This document shows, piece after piece, positions 1 through 9,222 of a DNA stretch of 34,985 nucleotides; position 1 is the first letter of the stretch; the number at the start of each line of letters is the position of its first letter. Below the pieces are notes generated by a model. The model was not told the DNA's origin, did not search any database, and saw nothing but the letters and a program-made list of their open reading frames with translations. Source of the DNA: Patescibacteria group bacterium (GTDB lineage: Bacteria > Patescibacteriota > Minisyncoccia > Phycocordibacterales > UBA12079); the NCBI GenBank assembly GCA_043812415.1, contig JBDRMF010000015.1:1-34985 (forward strand), read 5' to 3'. A program made the translations under genes and the position numbers.

Positions 1-432
1 CTGTTTTGCTTTTTTAGCTTTGTGAAGGCGGAGCGATGTTTTTGCTTCCCACAAAGAAGCAAAAACCGCGAGCCGGGGTCGGCAAACACTTAGTAGATTT
101 TGAGCGAAGCGAAGAAATATACTTAGTGATTTGTGACCACATAGATTTTGCGAGCGAAGCACTCCTTTAATTTAGCAAAAATTTTCTTTGCGATTTTTTT
201 CTTTTTTTTCACTCGCCTAACTTTTGTTTTCGAAGAAAACAAAAGTTAGGCGAGCAAGCCCCCCAAATCTTGGAAAAATGGAAAAGAAATTTTTGTTTTG
301 GTTTCGGAAAAACAGCCAGTATTAAATACTTGGGGATACTGATTGCTTTTCACTACTTTTTAACCCAACGGCTCAACGACTTGAGCCGTTGGAAAAATTT
401 CTAAAAACTATATGCTAATTATAGTATGTAGC

Positions 433-446
433 ACTAAAGTTAGCAA
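433..446 (+). promoter_or_regulatory. candidate operator (C-box-like) upstream of the controller/nuclease operon
   Basis: The 14-mer ACTAAAGTTAGCAA lies 21 nt upstream of the ATG at 468, next to TATAAT at 452-457. The identical 14-mer occurs on the minus strand at 3133-3146, upstream of the methyltransferase operon. It contains the small dyad CTAA-AG-TTAG. Confidence 0.35.
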
Positions 447-467
447 CTCTATATAATATTTATAAAT

Positions 468-677
468 ATGAAAAAAGAAATTTTAATTAAATTTGGAAAT
501 AAGGTTAGAGAAAAAAGACTAGAATTAGGTCTATCACAGGAAGCATTGGCTAATCGTGCAAAAGTTCACCGAACATATATCGGAATGATTGAGCGTGCTG
601 AAAAAAATATAACTTTGGAAAATATCGAAAAAATTGCAAAGGCTTTAGACATTGCAGTTGATAAATTACTAAAATAA
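468..677 (+). CDS. XRE-family helix-turn-helix protein, likely R-M controller (C) protein
   Basis: 69-aa ORF with an HTH signature (LGLSQEALANRAKVHRTYIGMIERAEKNITL). It sits 17 nt upstream of a nuclease-sized ORF and beside two methyltransferase genes, the typical C-protein context. Confidence 0.7.
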   Translation: MKKEILIKFGNKVREKRLELGLSQEALANRAKVHRTYIGMIERAEKNITLENIEKIAKALDIAVDKLLK

Positions 678-693
678 ATAAATAAAAAAAGAT

Positions 694-1296
694 ATGTCAG
701 AAGAACAAGAACATGGATTTATTTTTGAAAATTGGGTCAAAAAAATATTAGGAGTTGAAAAATTAGCAAGTAATTATACTCAAAAATGGGATATTCCCAA
801 CGAAACTCCAATTAGTGTTAAGTTTATGGGGTTGACGAATGCTTTAGAATTTGGAAGTACTGTTAGAATTTGGGAGATAGACGAGCCTTTTACTTTGGTA
901 ATTGGTAGGTGGAAACAAAATGGTGACAAAAAAATAATTAAAAGTATTGATGAAATAGATATAACATTAGAAATATTAAATAAAATGAGAGGAAAAATAA
1001 AATTGGAAGAAATTAAAGAATTTGATCAAAAAATAAAAAAGTTCTCTGCTGGGAAAGATGGACAGGCTGAAGGTATAGAATTTGCCAAAAATTGGAAATC
1101 AGAAAGAAAAGATAAAATAGGGCTTTTAACAATAACTCATAAAATTGATAGTAAAAGCCAGAGAAGAATTCAATGTAATTTAAATTACAAAAATTATGTT
1201 GAACTGTTTGGAATTCCTTCTTTTGAAACAAAATTTAGAGATAATAATTTTGATCAAGAAATAAATCATCCAGCAAGAATTTTCAATAAAAAGTAA
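694..1296 (+). CDS. putative type II restriction endonuclease (assigned by context only)
   Basis: 200-aa ORF co-directional with the HTH gene and convergent with the two methyltransferases. It has an acidic N-terminus (EEQEHGFIFE), and WDIPNETPISVK could be a D...(S/E)xK nuclease core. I recognise no family by eye. Confidence 0.4.
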   Translation: MSEEQEHGFIFENWVKKILGVEKLASNYTQKWDIPNETPISVKFMGLTNALEFGSTVRIWEIDEPFTLVIGRWKQNGDKKIIKSIDEIDITLEILNKMRGKIKLEEIKEFDQKIKKFSAGKDGQAEGIEFAKNWKSERKDKIGLLTITHKIDSKSQRRIQCNLNYKNYVELFGIPSFETKFRDNNFDQEINHPARIFNKK

Positions 1297-1300
1297 ACTT

Positions 1301-2431
1301 CTATAAAGCTACCTTAAAATCAAAAACGTTTTCTTTTTTAATTGATTTACTTCCTACTCGACAAGTTATATTTCTAAAATAATCAATATTGTTGTTTACT
1401 TTTTCACAAATTTTTTCTTTTAAATTTCTATCTCCATTGAATTCATCTTTAAAATCAAAAACATAGAACATATCATTAAGAATATCTTTCTTGATATTTA
1501 TCAAACCACATTTTCCTACACTAGAATTGCCTACTCTAACTACTGCCATTTTGTAATCGGAAACTTTTTCTTTTTCCGGAATTTTCGTCATATCTAATAT
1601 ATTTTTTGCAGAAACATTATTTTCTTTAAAAGATTTAAAAACTTTAATTCTGCCTGAACTCAAAAATTCTTTTAAAGGAATTCCTTTTTCATTTTTTATA
1701 AAACCGTTATTTTTGTGAAAAATAACTTGTGGAATTAGTTCTTCGTGAATATTTGAAAAATCGAAAACTTCCTCATTTCTTTCCCCATTCTCATAAATAA
1801 TAATTATTTTATTTTTTAATTTCTTTACGTTAGTAAAAATAGCAAAACCACAAGGGATATTCCTATCAAACCAAATTTGATCATTTTGGTAAATTATTAT
1901 TGTAGAAAATTTATTTTTTAATTTTTCCTTAACTAATTTATTCCTATTCTTGATAAAAAATGAAATGGGCAAAACAAAAGCAATAGTTGGGTCATCATCT
2001 TTCAAATGTTCTAAAGATTTATAAATAAAAGCATTTTCTATTTTCTGTTTGTCTTTTTTTATATCAATTTCTTCTAAATATGTATTTGGTTGGACATCCG
2101 AATTTTTATATTTTGAATAATAATAATAACTTTCTTTTAGATTATATTTAGTAAAAGGAGGGTTTCCTACAATAAAGTCGAATTTCTCAGTCAAGGAAAC
2201 ATCAAAAAAATCTGTGGGATTTTTCGTTAAATCTTTATCAATTTCAAAATCTTTAATTTTCTTGAAATTTTTATTTTTTAATTCTTTAACAAAATTACCT
2301 GTACCAGAAGAAGGTTCGAGGATAGATACATCTTTGTCATAATTTTTATACGAGAAAGTTAAATCTAATAGTTTTTCCACTATTTCAGATTTAGTAAAAT
2401 ATTGTCCTAATGTTTCTTGTTTATTTATCAT
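1301..2431 (-). CDS. gamma-class N6-adenine DNA methyltransferase (TaqI/Eco57I-like)
   Basis: 376 aa. N-terminal GQYFT, AdoMet motif I LEPSSGTGNF, then catalytic motif IV GNPPF, in gamma-class order. Confidence 0.8.
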   Translation of the reverse strand: MINKQETLGQYFTKSEIVEKLLDLTFSYKNYDKDVSILEPSSGTGNFVKELKNKNFKKIKDFEIDKDLTKNPTDFFDVSLTEKFDFIVGNPPFTKYNLKESYYYYSKYKNSDVQPNTYLEEIDIKKDKQKIENAFIYKSLEHLKDDDPTIAFVLPISFFIKNRNKLVKEKLKNKFSTIIIYQNDQIWFDRNIPCGFAIFTNVKKLKNKIIIIYENGERNEEVFDFSNIHEELIPQVIFHKNNGFIKNEKGIPLKEFLSSGRIKVFKSFKENNVSAKNILDMTKIPEKEKVSDYKMAVVRVGNSSVGKCGLINIKKDILNDMFYVFDFKDEFNGDRNLKEKICEKVNNNIDYFRNITCRVGSKSIKKENVFDFKVAL

Positions 2432-3071
2432 TTTTAATTTTTTTTAATCTTTCTTCTGCTATTTTGCAATATTCTAAATCTATTTCAAAACCTATATAAT
2501 TTCTATCAATTTGTTTACAAGCTACCGCAACACTTCCGCTTCCAATAAAAGGGTCTAAAATAACATCATTCTCTTTTGAAAACATCATCAAAATATCTTT
2601 TATAAAAGTTTTTGGTTTTGGAGTTGGATGTTTTATAAAACCCTCATCAGGTTCAACCATTCTCCCTGGCGTGTCAACAAAAATATCTTTTCCTCTTTTA
2701 TTCATTTTTGGGTTACCTTTCTTAAAAACTACACAAGACATATATTTTGTAAAACCTATTGGAGAAAACACACTTGCATTTGGACAATATAAAACAAAAT
2801 TCCAAAAATAATCGAAAGGATTATCTTTAAATATTTTAGGTAAAAATTTAGTACTAAAAAAAGTTATAAAATAAGCATCATCTTTTAAAACTTTATAACT
2901 TTCTGGAAGGATTTTATAAAAAAGGTCAAGATTTTGGTCATTTTTAATTCCTGCTTTATTCAAACCGTAAGGAGGATCTGTGAAAATAACATCTATAGAT
3001 TTATCTTCTAGTTGTTTCAATCCCTCTAAACAATCTATATTTTGAATTGTGTTTTTCCACTTATTTATCAT
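2421..3071 (-). CDS. beta-class DPPY DNA methyltransferase (N6-adenine or N4-cytosine)
   Basis: 216 aa. Catalytic TDPPYG lies near the N-terminus and AdoMet motif FIGSGS near the C-terminus, which is beta-class order. It overlaps the downstream methyltransferase gene by 11 nt. An AAAGG Shine-Dalgarno precedes the ATG. Confidence 0.85.
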   Translation of the reverse strand: MINKWKNTIQNIDCLEGLKQLEDKSIDVIFTDPPYGLNKAGIKNDQNLDLFYKILPESYKVLKDDAYFITFFSTKFLPKIFKDNPFDYFWNFVLYCPNASVFSPIGFTKYMSCVVFKKGNPKMNKRGKDIFVDTPGRMVEPDEGFIKHPTPKPKTFIKDILMMFSKENDVILDPFIGSGSVAVACKQIDRNYIGFEIDLEYCKIAEERLKKIKNDK

Positions 3072-3132
3072 ATCTACCTTTTGTTAATTATTAATATTTT
3101 AACATTTATTTCTAAAATTGTATGCAATTTAT

Positions 3133-3146
3133 TTGCTAACTTTAGT
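3133..3146 (-). promoter_or_regulatory. second copy of the candidate operator, upstream of the methyltransferase operon
   Basis: The minus strand reads ACTAAAGTTAGCAA, identical to 433-446. It is flanked by ATGTA as in copy 1 and sits between a TTGATG (-35-like) and an ATAAAT (-10-like) hexamer, 62 nt upstream of the ATG at 3071. Confidence 0.35.
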
Positions 3147-3211
3147 ATACATCAATAAATATGATCTTGCAAAATTTTTTGTTAATAAAGTATTTATGTT
3201 AGAATAATTGT

Positions 3212-3523
3212 ATGAATTATATCATTTTAATCCTAGTTGCAGTAGCGGGAATAATTATCGGAAGTTATTTTCCCTCTTTCGCTAAAGCTACAAAGGACAG
3301 AGGTGTCGGTTTGATTTTTGGACAATCAAAGAAAAAACAAGAAAATAAATCTAAAATTCAAGAATTTTTGAAAGACACACCTAAAATTACAAACAATGAT
3401 GTTGAAAAATTATGTGGGGTTTCGCACGCGACCGCGGAAAGATACTTGGACGAATTGGAAAAAGACGGAAAACTTGTCCAACACGGCAAAATCGGAACTG
3501 ATGTATTTTATACCTTAAAATAA
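3212..3523 (+). CDS. membrane-anchored winged-helix DNA-binding protein (hypothetical)
   Basis: 103 aa. It has an N-terminal hydrophobic helix (IILILVAVAGIIIGSYF) and a C-terminal wHTH-like segment (ITNNDVEKLCGVSHATAERYLDELEKDGKLV). TAGAAT lies 6 nt upstream of the ATG. Confidence 0.5.
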   Translation: MNYIILILVAVAGIIIGSYFPSFAKATKDRGVGLIFGQSKKKQENKSKIQEFLKDTPKITNNDVEKLCGVSHATAERYLDELEKDGKLVQHGKIGTDVFYTLK

Positions 3524-3536
3524 GGACATTTTAACC

Positions 3537-3584
3537 AATTAACTCAACGAGCCTGCTTGTGCCGGTAGGCAGGTTGAGTTAATT
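3537..3584. repeat. stem-loop with CCTGC...GCAGG core
   Basis: A 12-bp outer stem AATTAACTCAAC/GTTGAGTTAATT encloses an inner CCTGC...GCAGG pairing. It belongs to the CCTGCC-N-GGCAGG hairpin family also seen at 10165-10180, 12041-12055, 15916-15939 and 26084-26105. Confidence 0.6.
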
Positions 3585-3656
3585 AAAAAATAAATATGAT
3601 AAATAAAAATTTAGAAACATACCCAGTGCAAGTAATTGGTTTCCAAAGAAGTCTGT

Positions 3657-3664
3657 TGTATAAT
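3657..3664 (+). promoter_or_regulatory. -10 element TGTATAAT of the ftsW operon (copy A)
   Basis: The octamer TGTATAAT lies 10 nt upstream of the ATG at 3675, with TTGGTT 17 nt upstream. The same octamer is conserved at 26750-26757 upstream of ftsW copy B, although the surrounding sequence has diverged. Confidence 0.5.
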
Positions 3665-3674
3665 TATCGGTGAT

Positions 3675-4781
3675 ATGTCCCAAAAAAGAAAAATTGATAA
3701 GGTTTTCGCCAGCATTGCCATCGCGTTGGTTTTGCTCGGTTTTTTTCTCTTTGTGTCCGCTTCTCTGGGGGTGTTAGCGAAAGACAAAAGTAATTTCTTA
3801 TCTGTCTTTTCCACGCAAATAATTTTAGGTTTGGCGGGCGGAATGGCCAGTCTGATTATTTTGTCAAAAATTTATTATAGGGAATACAGAAAATACGCTT
3901 TTTATATTTTTGTGGTGGCGTTAATTATTTCTTGTTTGGTTTTTATCCCTAATATAGGAATTGAACACGGTGGAGCCAAACGCTGGTTGGACATCGCGGG
4001 TGTTTCTTTTCAACCAGCGGAATTTTTGAAAATAGGTTTTGTTATTTATTTTGCAACCTTGCTTTCCGCTTTTAAATTAAAATTACATCAGTGGAAATAT
4101 GGCATAATTCCGATTATGTCTTTATTGTTTAGCGTTGCCGTCATCGCTTTTTTTCAACCGGATTATGGAACTTTATTGGTTATCGCCATCACCGCATTAG
4201 GAATGATTTTGGTCGCCGGAATTAATTTGAAACATTTTTTTGTCATAATCGGTTCAGCTCTGATAACCATTGTTCCGTTAACATTGATATATAAATCTTA
4301 TATATTAAGCAGATTATTGTTTTTTTTCAAACCCGGAGACAGTTTGTTGGGAGCAGGTTACCAAATAAAACAATCGCTTATTGCCATCGGTTCGGGCGGA
4401 ATTTTTGGCAAAGGTTTCGGACAAAGTATTCAAAAATTCGGATTATTGCCGGAGCCGATGGGGGATTCAATTTTTGCGGTTACCGCGGAAGAATGGGGTT
4501 TTATCGGAGCGACTATTTTAACAGCTTTGTTTTTATTTTTTGCGTTAAGAGGACTGAGCATCGCTTCGCGTTCCCAAGATGTTTTTGGTAGACTATTGGC
4601 AGTGGGAATTGTTATACTTATAGTATCGCAATCGTTTTTAAATATCGCTTCAATGTTAAGCATATTTCCGATAATAGGTATGCCATTGATTTTTGTGAGT
4701 CAGGGCGGGACGGCTTTATTATTCGCTTTGGCGGAAGTCGGAATTTTATTAAATATTTCCAAATATAAAACAATACAATGA
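3675..4781 (+). CDS. ftsW: FtsW/RodA (SEDS) family peptidoglycan glycosyltransferase, copy A
   Basis: Polytopic membrane protein with SEDS-like blocks (QPAEFLK, QPDYGT, IGSGGIFGKGFG, LPEPMGDSIFA, EEWGFIG). The start is set at the internal ATG (MSQKRKIDK), which aligns with copy B. Its stop overlaps the murG start (ATGA). Confidence 0.88.
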   Translation: MSQKRKIDKVFASIAIALVLLGFFLFVSASLGVLAKDKSNFLSVFSTQIILGLAGGMASLIILSKIYYREYRKYAFYIFVVALIISCLVFIPNIGIEHGGAKRWLDIAGVSFQPAEFLKIGFVIYFATLLSAFKLKLHQWKYGIIPIMSLLFSVAVIAFFQPDYGTLLVIAITALGMILVAGINLKHFFVIIGSALITIVPLTLIYKSYILSRLLFFFKPGDSLLGAGYQIKQSLIAIGSGGIFGKGFGQSIQKFGLLPEPMGDSIFAVTAEEWGFIGATILTALFLFFALRGLSIASRSQDVFGRLLAVGIVILIVSQSFLNIASMLSIFPIIGMPLIFVSQGGTALLFALAEVGILLNISKYKTIQ

Positions 4782-5914
4782 AAATATTATTTACAGGAGG
4801 AGGAACCGGTGGTCATTTTTATCCGTTGATTGCCGTGGCCCAAGAAATAAATAAAATTATTAAGGAGAAAAAAATTATTCCGCCTAAATTATATTATTTA
4901 TCAAATAATTCTTACGACAAGAGATTATTGTTTGAAAACGGAATAACTTTTAAAAAAATTTCCGCCGGCAAATTAAGAAGGTATTTTTCCTTTCTTAATT
5001 TTTTTGGGTTATTTAAAACGGCTTATGGTCTTGTAAAATCTTTATATTTAATTTGGAAGATTTTCCCCGATGTTGTTTTCAGCAACGGCGGAAATGTGGC
5101 TTTCCCGGTTTTATTAAGCGCCAAAATATTTAAAATTCCAGTTTTTATCCATATTTCCGACGTGATACCCGGCCGAACAAATCGTTGGGCTTCTAAATTT
5201 GCCCAACGGGTTTCCACCGCCTTTCCGGAAACTTGCGAATATTTATCCGTGAAAAAAGAAAAGGTGGCTGTTTTAGGCAACCCTATTCGGAGAGAATTGA
5301 TTATACCGCTTGAAAAAGGAGCGGGCGAGTTTTTGCAAATGGAAAATGACATACCTGTTATTTTTGTCTTGGGCGGTTCCAGTGGAGCGCAAACTATCAA
5401 TGAAAATTTAATTGATATTTTGCCGGAATTGACGGAAAAATATCAAATCATTCATCAAACAGGAAAACAATTATTTGAGGATGCGAAAAGACGAGCTTTT
5501 TTGGTTTTAGAAAACAGCAAAAATAAAAAAAGATATAAACCTTTTCCATATTTGAATACTTTGGCGATGAGAATGTCCGCAGGCACTTCCAATTTGATTA
5601 TATCAAGAGCGGGCGCCAATTCCATTTCGGAAATCGCAGTGTGGGGCAGGCCCAGTTTAATAATTCCCATTTCGGAAGAAGTGAGCGGTGACCAAAGAAA
5701 AAACGCTTTTGCGTTTGCGCGAGCGGGAGCATGCGTAGTGATTGAACAAAAAAATTTAACACCTATATTATTTTTAGCCGAAATCAACAAGCTTATGGAT
5801 GATAAAGAAAAAATGAAAACAATGGGAATAAAAGCCAAAGAGTTTTCGCGACAAAACGCCGCCAACAAAATAGCTGATGAAATAATTAATATTGCGATAA
5901 AATATGCCGAATAA
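4778..5914 (+). CDS. murG: UDP-N-acetylglucosamine--LPS/lipid I N-acetylglucosaminyltransferase MurG, copy A
   Basis: 378 aa with the N-terminal G-loop GGGTGGHFYP and a GT28-like C-terminal half (GGSSGA, ISRAGANSISE). Confidence 0.88.
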   Translation: MKILFTGGGTGGHFYPLIAVAQEINKIIKEKKIIPPKLYYLSNNSYDKRLLFENGITFKKISAGKLRRYFSFLNFFGLFKTAYGLVKSLYLIWKIFPDVVFSNGGNVAFPVLLSAKIFKIPVFIHISDVIPGRTNRWASKFAQRVSTAFPETCEYLSVKKEKVAVLGNPIRRELIIPLEKGAGEFLQMENDIPVIFVLGGSSGAQTINENLIDILPELTEKYQIIHQTGKQLFEDAKRRAFLVLENSKNKKRYKPFPYLNTLAMRMSAGTSNLIISRAGANSISEIAVWGRPSLIIPISEEVSGDQRKNAFAFARAGACVVIEQKNLTPILFLAEINKLMDDKEKMKTMGIKAKEFSRQNAANKIADEIINIAIKYAE

Positions 5915-7301
5915 CAAAGAAATTACTAATAAAGTCATTACACGGTTTCCGCCTTCTCCCACCGGCTTGTTTCATATTGGCAGCGCGAGAACGGCTTTTT
6001 TTAATTATCTTTTCGCAAAACACAATAATGGAAAAATGCTTTTTAGATTGGAGGATACGGACAAGCGGAGGTCAAAAAAAGAATTTGAAGAAAATATTTT
6101 AGAGAGTTTGATTTGGCTGGGTTTGGATTTTGACGGCGAAATTTCAAAACAATCGGAAAGAACGGCAATATATAAAAAATACATTCAAAAACTGATTGAT
6201 GAAAACAAAGCTTTTATTTCAAAAGAGGAAATTGATTTGACTTCGTCCGACACGAATAAGTCGGCGGAAAAACGCGCGAAAGTGATTCGTTTTAAAAATC
6301 CGAATATTAAAGTTGTATTTGATGATTTAATCAGAGGACGAGTGGAATTTGACACAACTGAATTGGGCGATTTTGTGATTGCCAAAAGTTTAGAAGAACC
6401 GCTTTATCATCTAGCGGTTGTGGTGGATGATTTTGAAAGCGAAATTACTCATATTATTCGCGGAGAAGACGGTATTTCAAACACGCCTCGGCAAATTTTA
6501 ATTCAAGAAGCGCTCGGTGTGCCTCGCCCAATTTACGCGCATTTGCCGTTGATTTTAGCTCCTGACAAATCAAAAATGTCAAAAAGATACGGGGCCATTT
6601 CCATAAACGAGTATAAAAAAATGGGGTATTTGCCGGAAGCCGTGCTTAATTATTTGGCTTTATTGGGCTGGAATCCGGGAACGGAACAAGAAATTTTTTC
6701 CGTGGAAGAATTGATTAAAGAATTTGATTTGAAAAAAGTTCACAAGGGCGGGGCGGTGTTTAACATTGAAAAACTTAAGTGGATAAATAAAGAACATATA
6801 AAATTGATGTCCGAGAAAGATTTTAAAAATAAAGTTTTGGAATTTTTACCGAATGAAATTAAAAAAATGACGCTCGGTGATAACAAAATGTTCAATAAAA
6901 TTTTACCGCTTATAAAAGAACGAATTGAAAAATTTGAAGATGTGGCGGACTTGGCGAAAGTGGGGGATTGGAATTATTATTTCGTTCAGCCGGAATATAA
7001 AACAGAAAAAATATTGTGGAAAGATGATAACGATTTGAACAATGTTAAAAAACATTTGGAAAAAATCATTTCACTTTTGAATGAAATGGAAATTTTTTCA
7101 GCTGAAAAAATAAAAGAAAAAATTTGGGATTATGCGACAGAGCAGGGGAGAGGTTTTGTCCTGTGGCCGATGAGATACGCTTTGTCCGGCAAAGACAAGT
7201 CTCCGGACCCATTTGTGTTGGCGGAGGTTTTGGAAAAAGCAGAAGTAATCAAACGACTCAAATATGCAATTGAAAAAATTAATTCAACAAAGATTGTCTA
7301 A
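5904..7301 (+). CDS. gltX: glutamyl-tRNA synthetase, copy A
   Basis: 465 aa with class I signatures HIGSARTA (HIGH) and KMSKR (KMSKS), plus RFPPSPTG and RGEDGISNTPRQ. It overlaps the murG end by 11 nt. Confidence 0.92.
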   Translation: MPNNKEITNKVITRFPPSPTGLFHIGSARTAFFNYLFAKHNNGKMLFRLEDTDKRRSKKEFEENILESLIWLGLDFDGEISKQSERTAIYKKYIQKLIDENKAFISKEEIDLTSSDTNKSAEKRAKVIRFKNPNIKVVFDDLIRGRVEFDTTELGDFVIAKSLEEPLYHLAVVVDDFESEITHIIRGEDGISNTPRQILIQEALGVPRPIYAHLPLILAPDKSKMSKRYGAISINEYKKMGYLPEAVLNYLALLGWNPGTEQEIFSVEELIKEFDLKKVHKGGAVFNIEKLKWINKEHIKLMSEKDFKNKVLEFLPNEIKKMTLGDNKMFNKILPLIKERIEKFEDVADLAKVGDWNYYFVQPEYKTEKILWKDDNDLNNVKKHLEKIISLLNEMEIFSAEKIKEKIWDYATEQGRGFVLWPMRYALSGKDKSPDPFVLAEVLEKAEVIKRLKYAIEKINSTKIV

Positions 7302-8667
7302 GTTTTTCAAACAAAGACAAACATCAATTCAGACATTTCGTTTGGGAATATTATTCCTAAATTTTTGGAAATACTATTCCCAAAAATTATTTGGATGGAT
7401 TTTGATTTTTGCATTTGTTGGGGGGTTAGTTTGCCCCATATATATTAACGCAACTCAAATTGATGAATTAAAATCTCAAATTTCTGAAAAAAGTTTAGAG
7501 ATGAAACAATTGGAAGAAGAAATTGAAAAATGGGAAACGGAAATTGAAGTAATCGGGACAAAGAAAAAAAGTTTGAGCAACGAAATAAATTATTTAAACA
7601 CAACACAAAAAAAAATAAATTCCGATATTTATTTGACCAGCAAACAAATAAACACCGCCGGTTTAACAATTGAAAAATTAGGTATTGAAATAAACGAGAA
7701 AAAACAAAATATTCAAACAAGTTCCGCGGCCTTGTCAGAAACACTCAAAACAATCAATGAGCAAGAAACCACCACTTTTTTGGAAACTTTATTAACTTAT
7801 AATACTTTATCCGAATTTTGGAATGATATGGAAGGACTGCAGAAAGTGCAGGCACAGATAAAAAACAAAACCAGAATATTAAAAGATTTAAAAGCCGGAA
7901 TGATTTCTGACAAGGAAGAATTGGAGCAAAGAAAAAATGAATTGTCTTCCCATCAAGTTGAGTTGACTGACAAAAAAGAAATAGTTGAAAATACCAAAAA
8001 AACAACAAACGAATTATTGGTTGATACCAAAAACAAAGAATCAAATTATCAGGAAATTTTGGATGAAAAATTAGCCCTCAAAAAAGCCTTTGAAAATGAG
8101 TTGAGAGAATACGAAGATAAATTAAGACTTATTGTGGACCCCACCAGTATTCCTGACGCCGGTTTTAGCGTTTTGAGTTGGCCACTTGATAAAATTTATA
8201 TAACTCAATTTTTTGGCAATACTCCTTTTGCCACAAAAAATCCTCAAATTTATGCGAGCGGGGAGCATAACGGGGTGGATTTTAGGGCGTCAATAGGAAC
8301 TGATTTAAAAACGGTTTTAAGCGGAACGGTAGTTGCGACAGGCGACACCGATATCGCTTGCAAAGGAGCTTCTTACGGCAAATGGGTTTTGATTAGACAT
8401 AATAACGGGCTTTCTACCGTGTATGGACATATGTCTAAAATTTCAGTGGAACCGGGGCAAATTTTGGTAACGGGGGATAAGATTGGCTACACTGGCAATA
8501 CAGGAGCATCAACTGGCCCCCATTTGCATTTTGGAGTTTTTGCGACACAAGGCGTGGCGGTGAAAGAATATAATTTTAATTCTTGCAAAGGTAAATCAAC
8601 AACAATGCCAATGGCAACAAAAGACGCGTATTTAAACCCGATGTCATATTTACCGGAATATAAATAG
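7264..8667 (+). CDS. coiled-coil M23 (LytM/EnvC-like) peptidase, copy A
   Basis: It has an N-terminal TM segment and a roughly 250-aa charged heptad-rich region. The C-terminal M23 core carries HNGVDFRA (HxxxD) and GPHLHFGV (HxH). The ATG overlaps the gltX end by 38 nt, as in copy B. Confidence 0.85.
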   Translation: MQLKKLIQQRLSKFFKQRQTSIQTFRLGILFLNFWKYYSQKLFGWILIFAFVGGLVCPIYINATQIDELKSQISEKSLEMKQLEEEIEKWETEIEVIGTKKKSLSNEINYLNTTQKKINSDIYLTSKQINTAGLTIEKLGIEINEKKQNIQTSSAALSETLKTINEQETTTFLETLLTYNTLSEFWNDMEGLQKVQAQIKNKTRILKDLKAGMISDKEELEQRKNELSSHQVELTDKKEIVENTKKTTNELLVDTKNKESNYQEILDEKLALKKAFENELREYEDKLRLIVDPTSIPDAGFSVLSWPLDKIYITQFFGNTPFATKNPQIYASGEHNGVDFRASIGTDLKTVLSGTVVATGDTDIACKGASYGKWVLIRHNNGLSTVYGHMSKISVEPGQILVTGDKIGYTGNTGASTGPHLHFGVFATQGVAVKEYNFNSCKGKSTTMPMATKDAYLNPMSYLPEYK

Positions 8668-8805
8668 TAGTATAATGAAGATACTCAAAAAAGTCGCAAA
8701 AATATCGGAAAAATTAGAGGTGAAAATTTTGAGTTTTGAGGAGAAAATAAACTTATACAGGTTTATTATTTTAAATAAATTTAAAAATACTATATAATTA
8801 GAAAT

Positions 8806-9129
8806 ATGATGAATTTTAAAAATGATAATAGGGGATTGGTAAAATGGATTATTATAATTTTAATAGCAATTATTATTTTAAGTTATTTTGGTTTTGATTT
8901 GCGGGCAATTGTGGGATCAGATGCGACTCAAAATAATTTGTCCTATGTCTGGGGTTTGGCGGTAACCGTGTGGAATGATTATTTGTCGCGACCAATTCTT
9001 TATTTTTGGCACAATATTTTCATTGATTTGCTGTGGGAAAGTTTTGTTGACAATATGAACAGAATAAAAAACGGGGAACCGACTACTATTGAAAATTTGG
9101 CGCCGGAAATTGTGAAAATTCCAAATTAA
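8806..9129 (+). CDS. conserved small membrane protein (hypothetical), copy A
   Basis: 107 aa with one N-terminal TM helix. It is strongly conserved with 32044-32352 (YFGFDLR, NLSY.WG..VTVWN.YLS.P.LYFWHNIFIDLLWE). TATAAT at 8793-8798 ends 7 nt before the ATG. Confidence 0.65.
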   Translation: MMNFKNDNRGLVKWIIIILIAIIILSYFGFDLRAIVGSDATQNNLSYVWGLAVTVWNDYLSRPILYFWHNIFIDLLWESFVDNMNRIKNGEPTTIENLAPEIVKIPN

Positions 9130-9177
9130 CAGGGGAATAATAAACTGATTAGTAATAATTGGTTAGTTTAAAAAATG

Positions 9178-9203
9178 AAAAAATTTGCGGAGCAAATTTT
9201 TTT
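9178..9203 (+). terminator. rho-independent terminator after the membrane protein gene (copy A)
   Basis: An 11-bp stem AAAAAATTTGC/GCAAATTTTTT with loop GGA runs into a T tract. A near-identical hairpin sits at the same position in copy B (32386-32410). Confidence 0.6.
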
Positions 9204-9222
9204 AATACTTAATACTTATATT

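Noticed and set aside
1-66. The idea that 1-20 (CTGTTTTGCTTTTTT) is the 3' arm of a groEL-type terminator. That would imply groESL also precedes block A, so the R-M cassette would be an insertion.
   Set aside because: The resemblance to ...CTCTGTTTGTTTT at 26061-26073 is short and low-complexity, and the 5' arm lies outside the window. It cannot be supported from this sequence.
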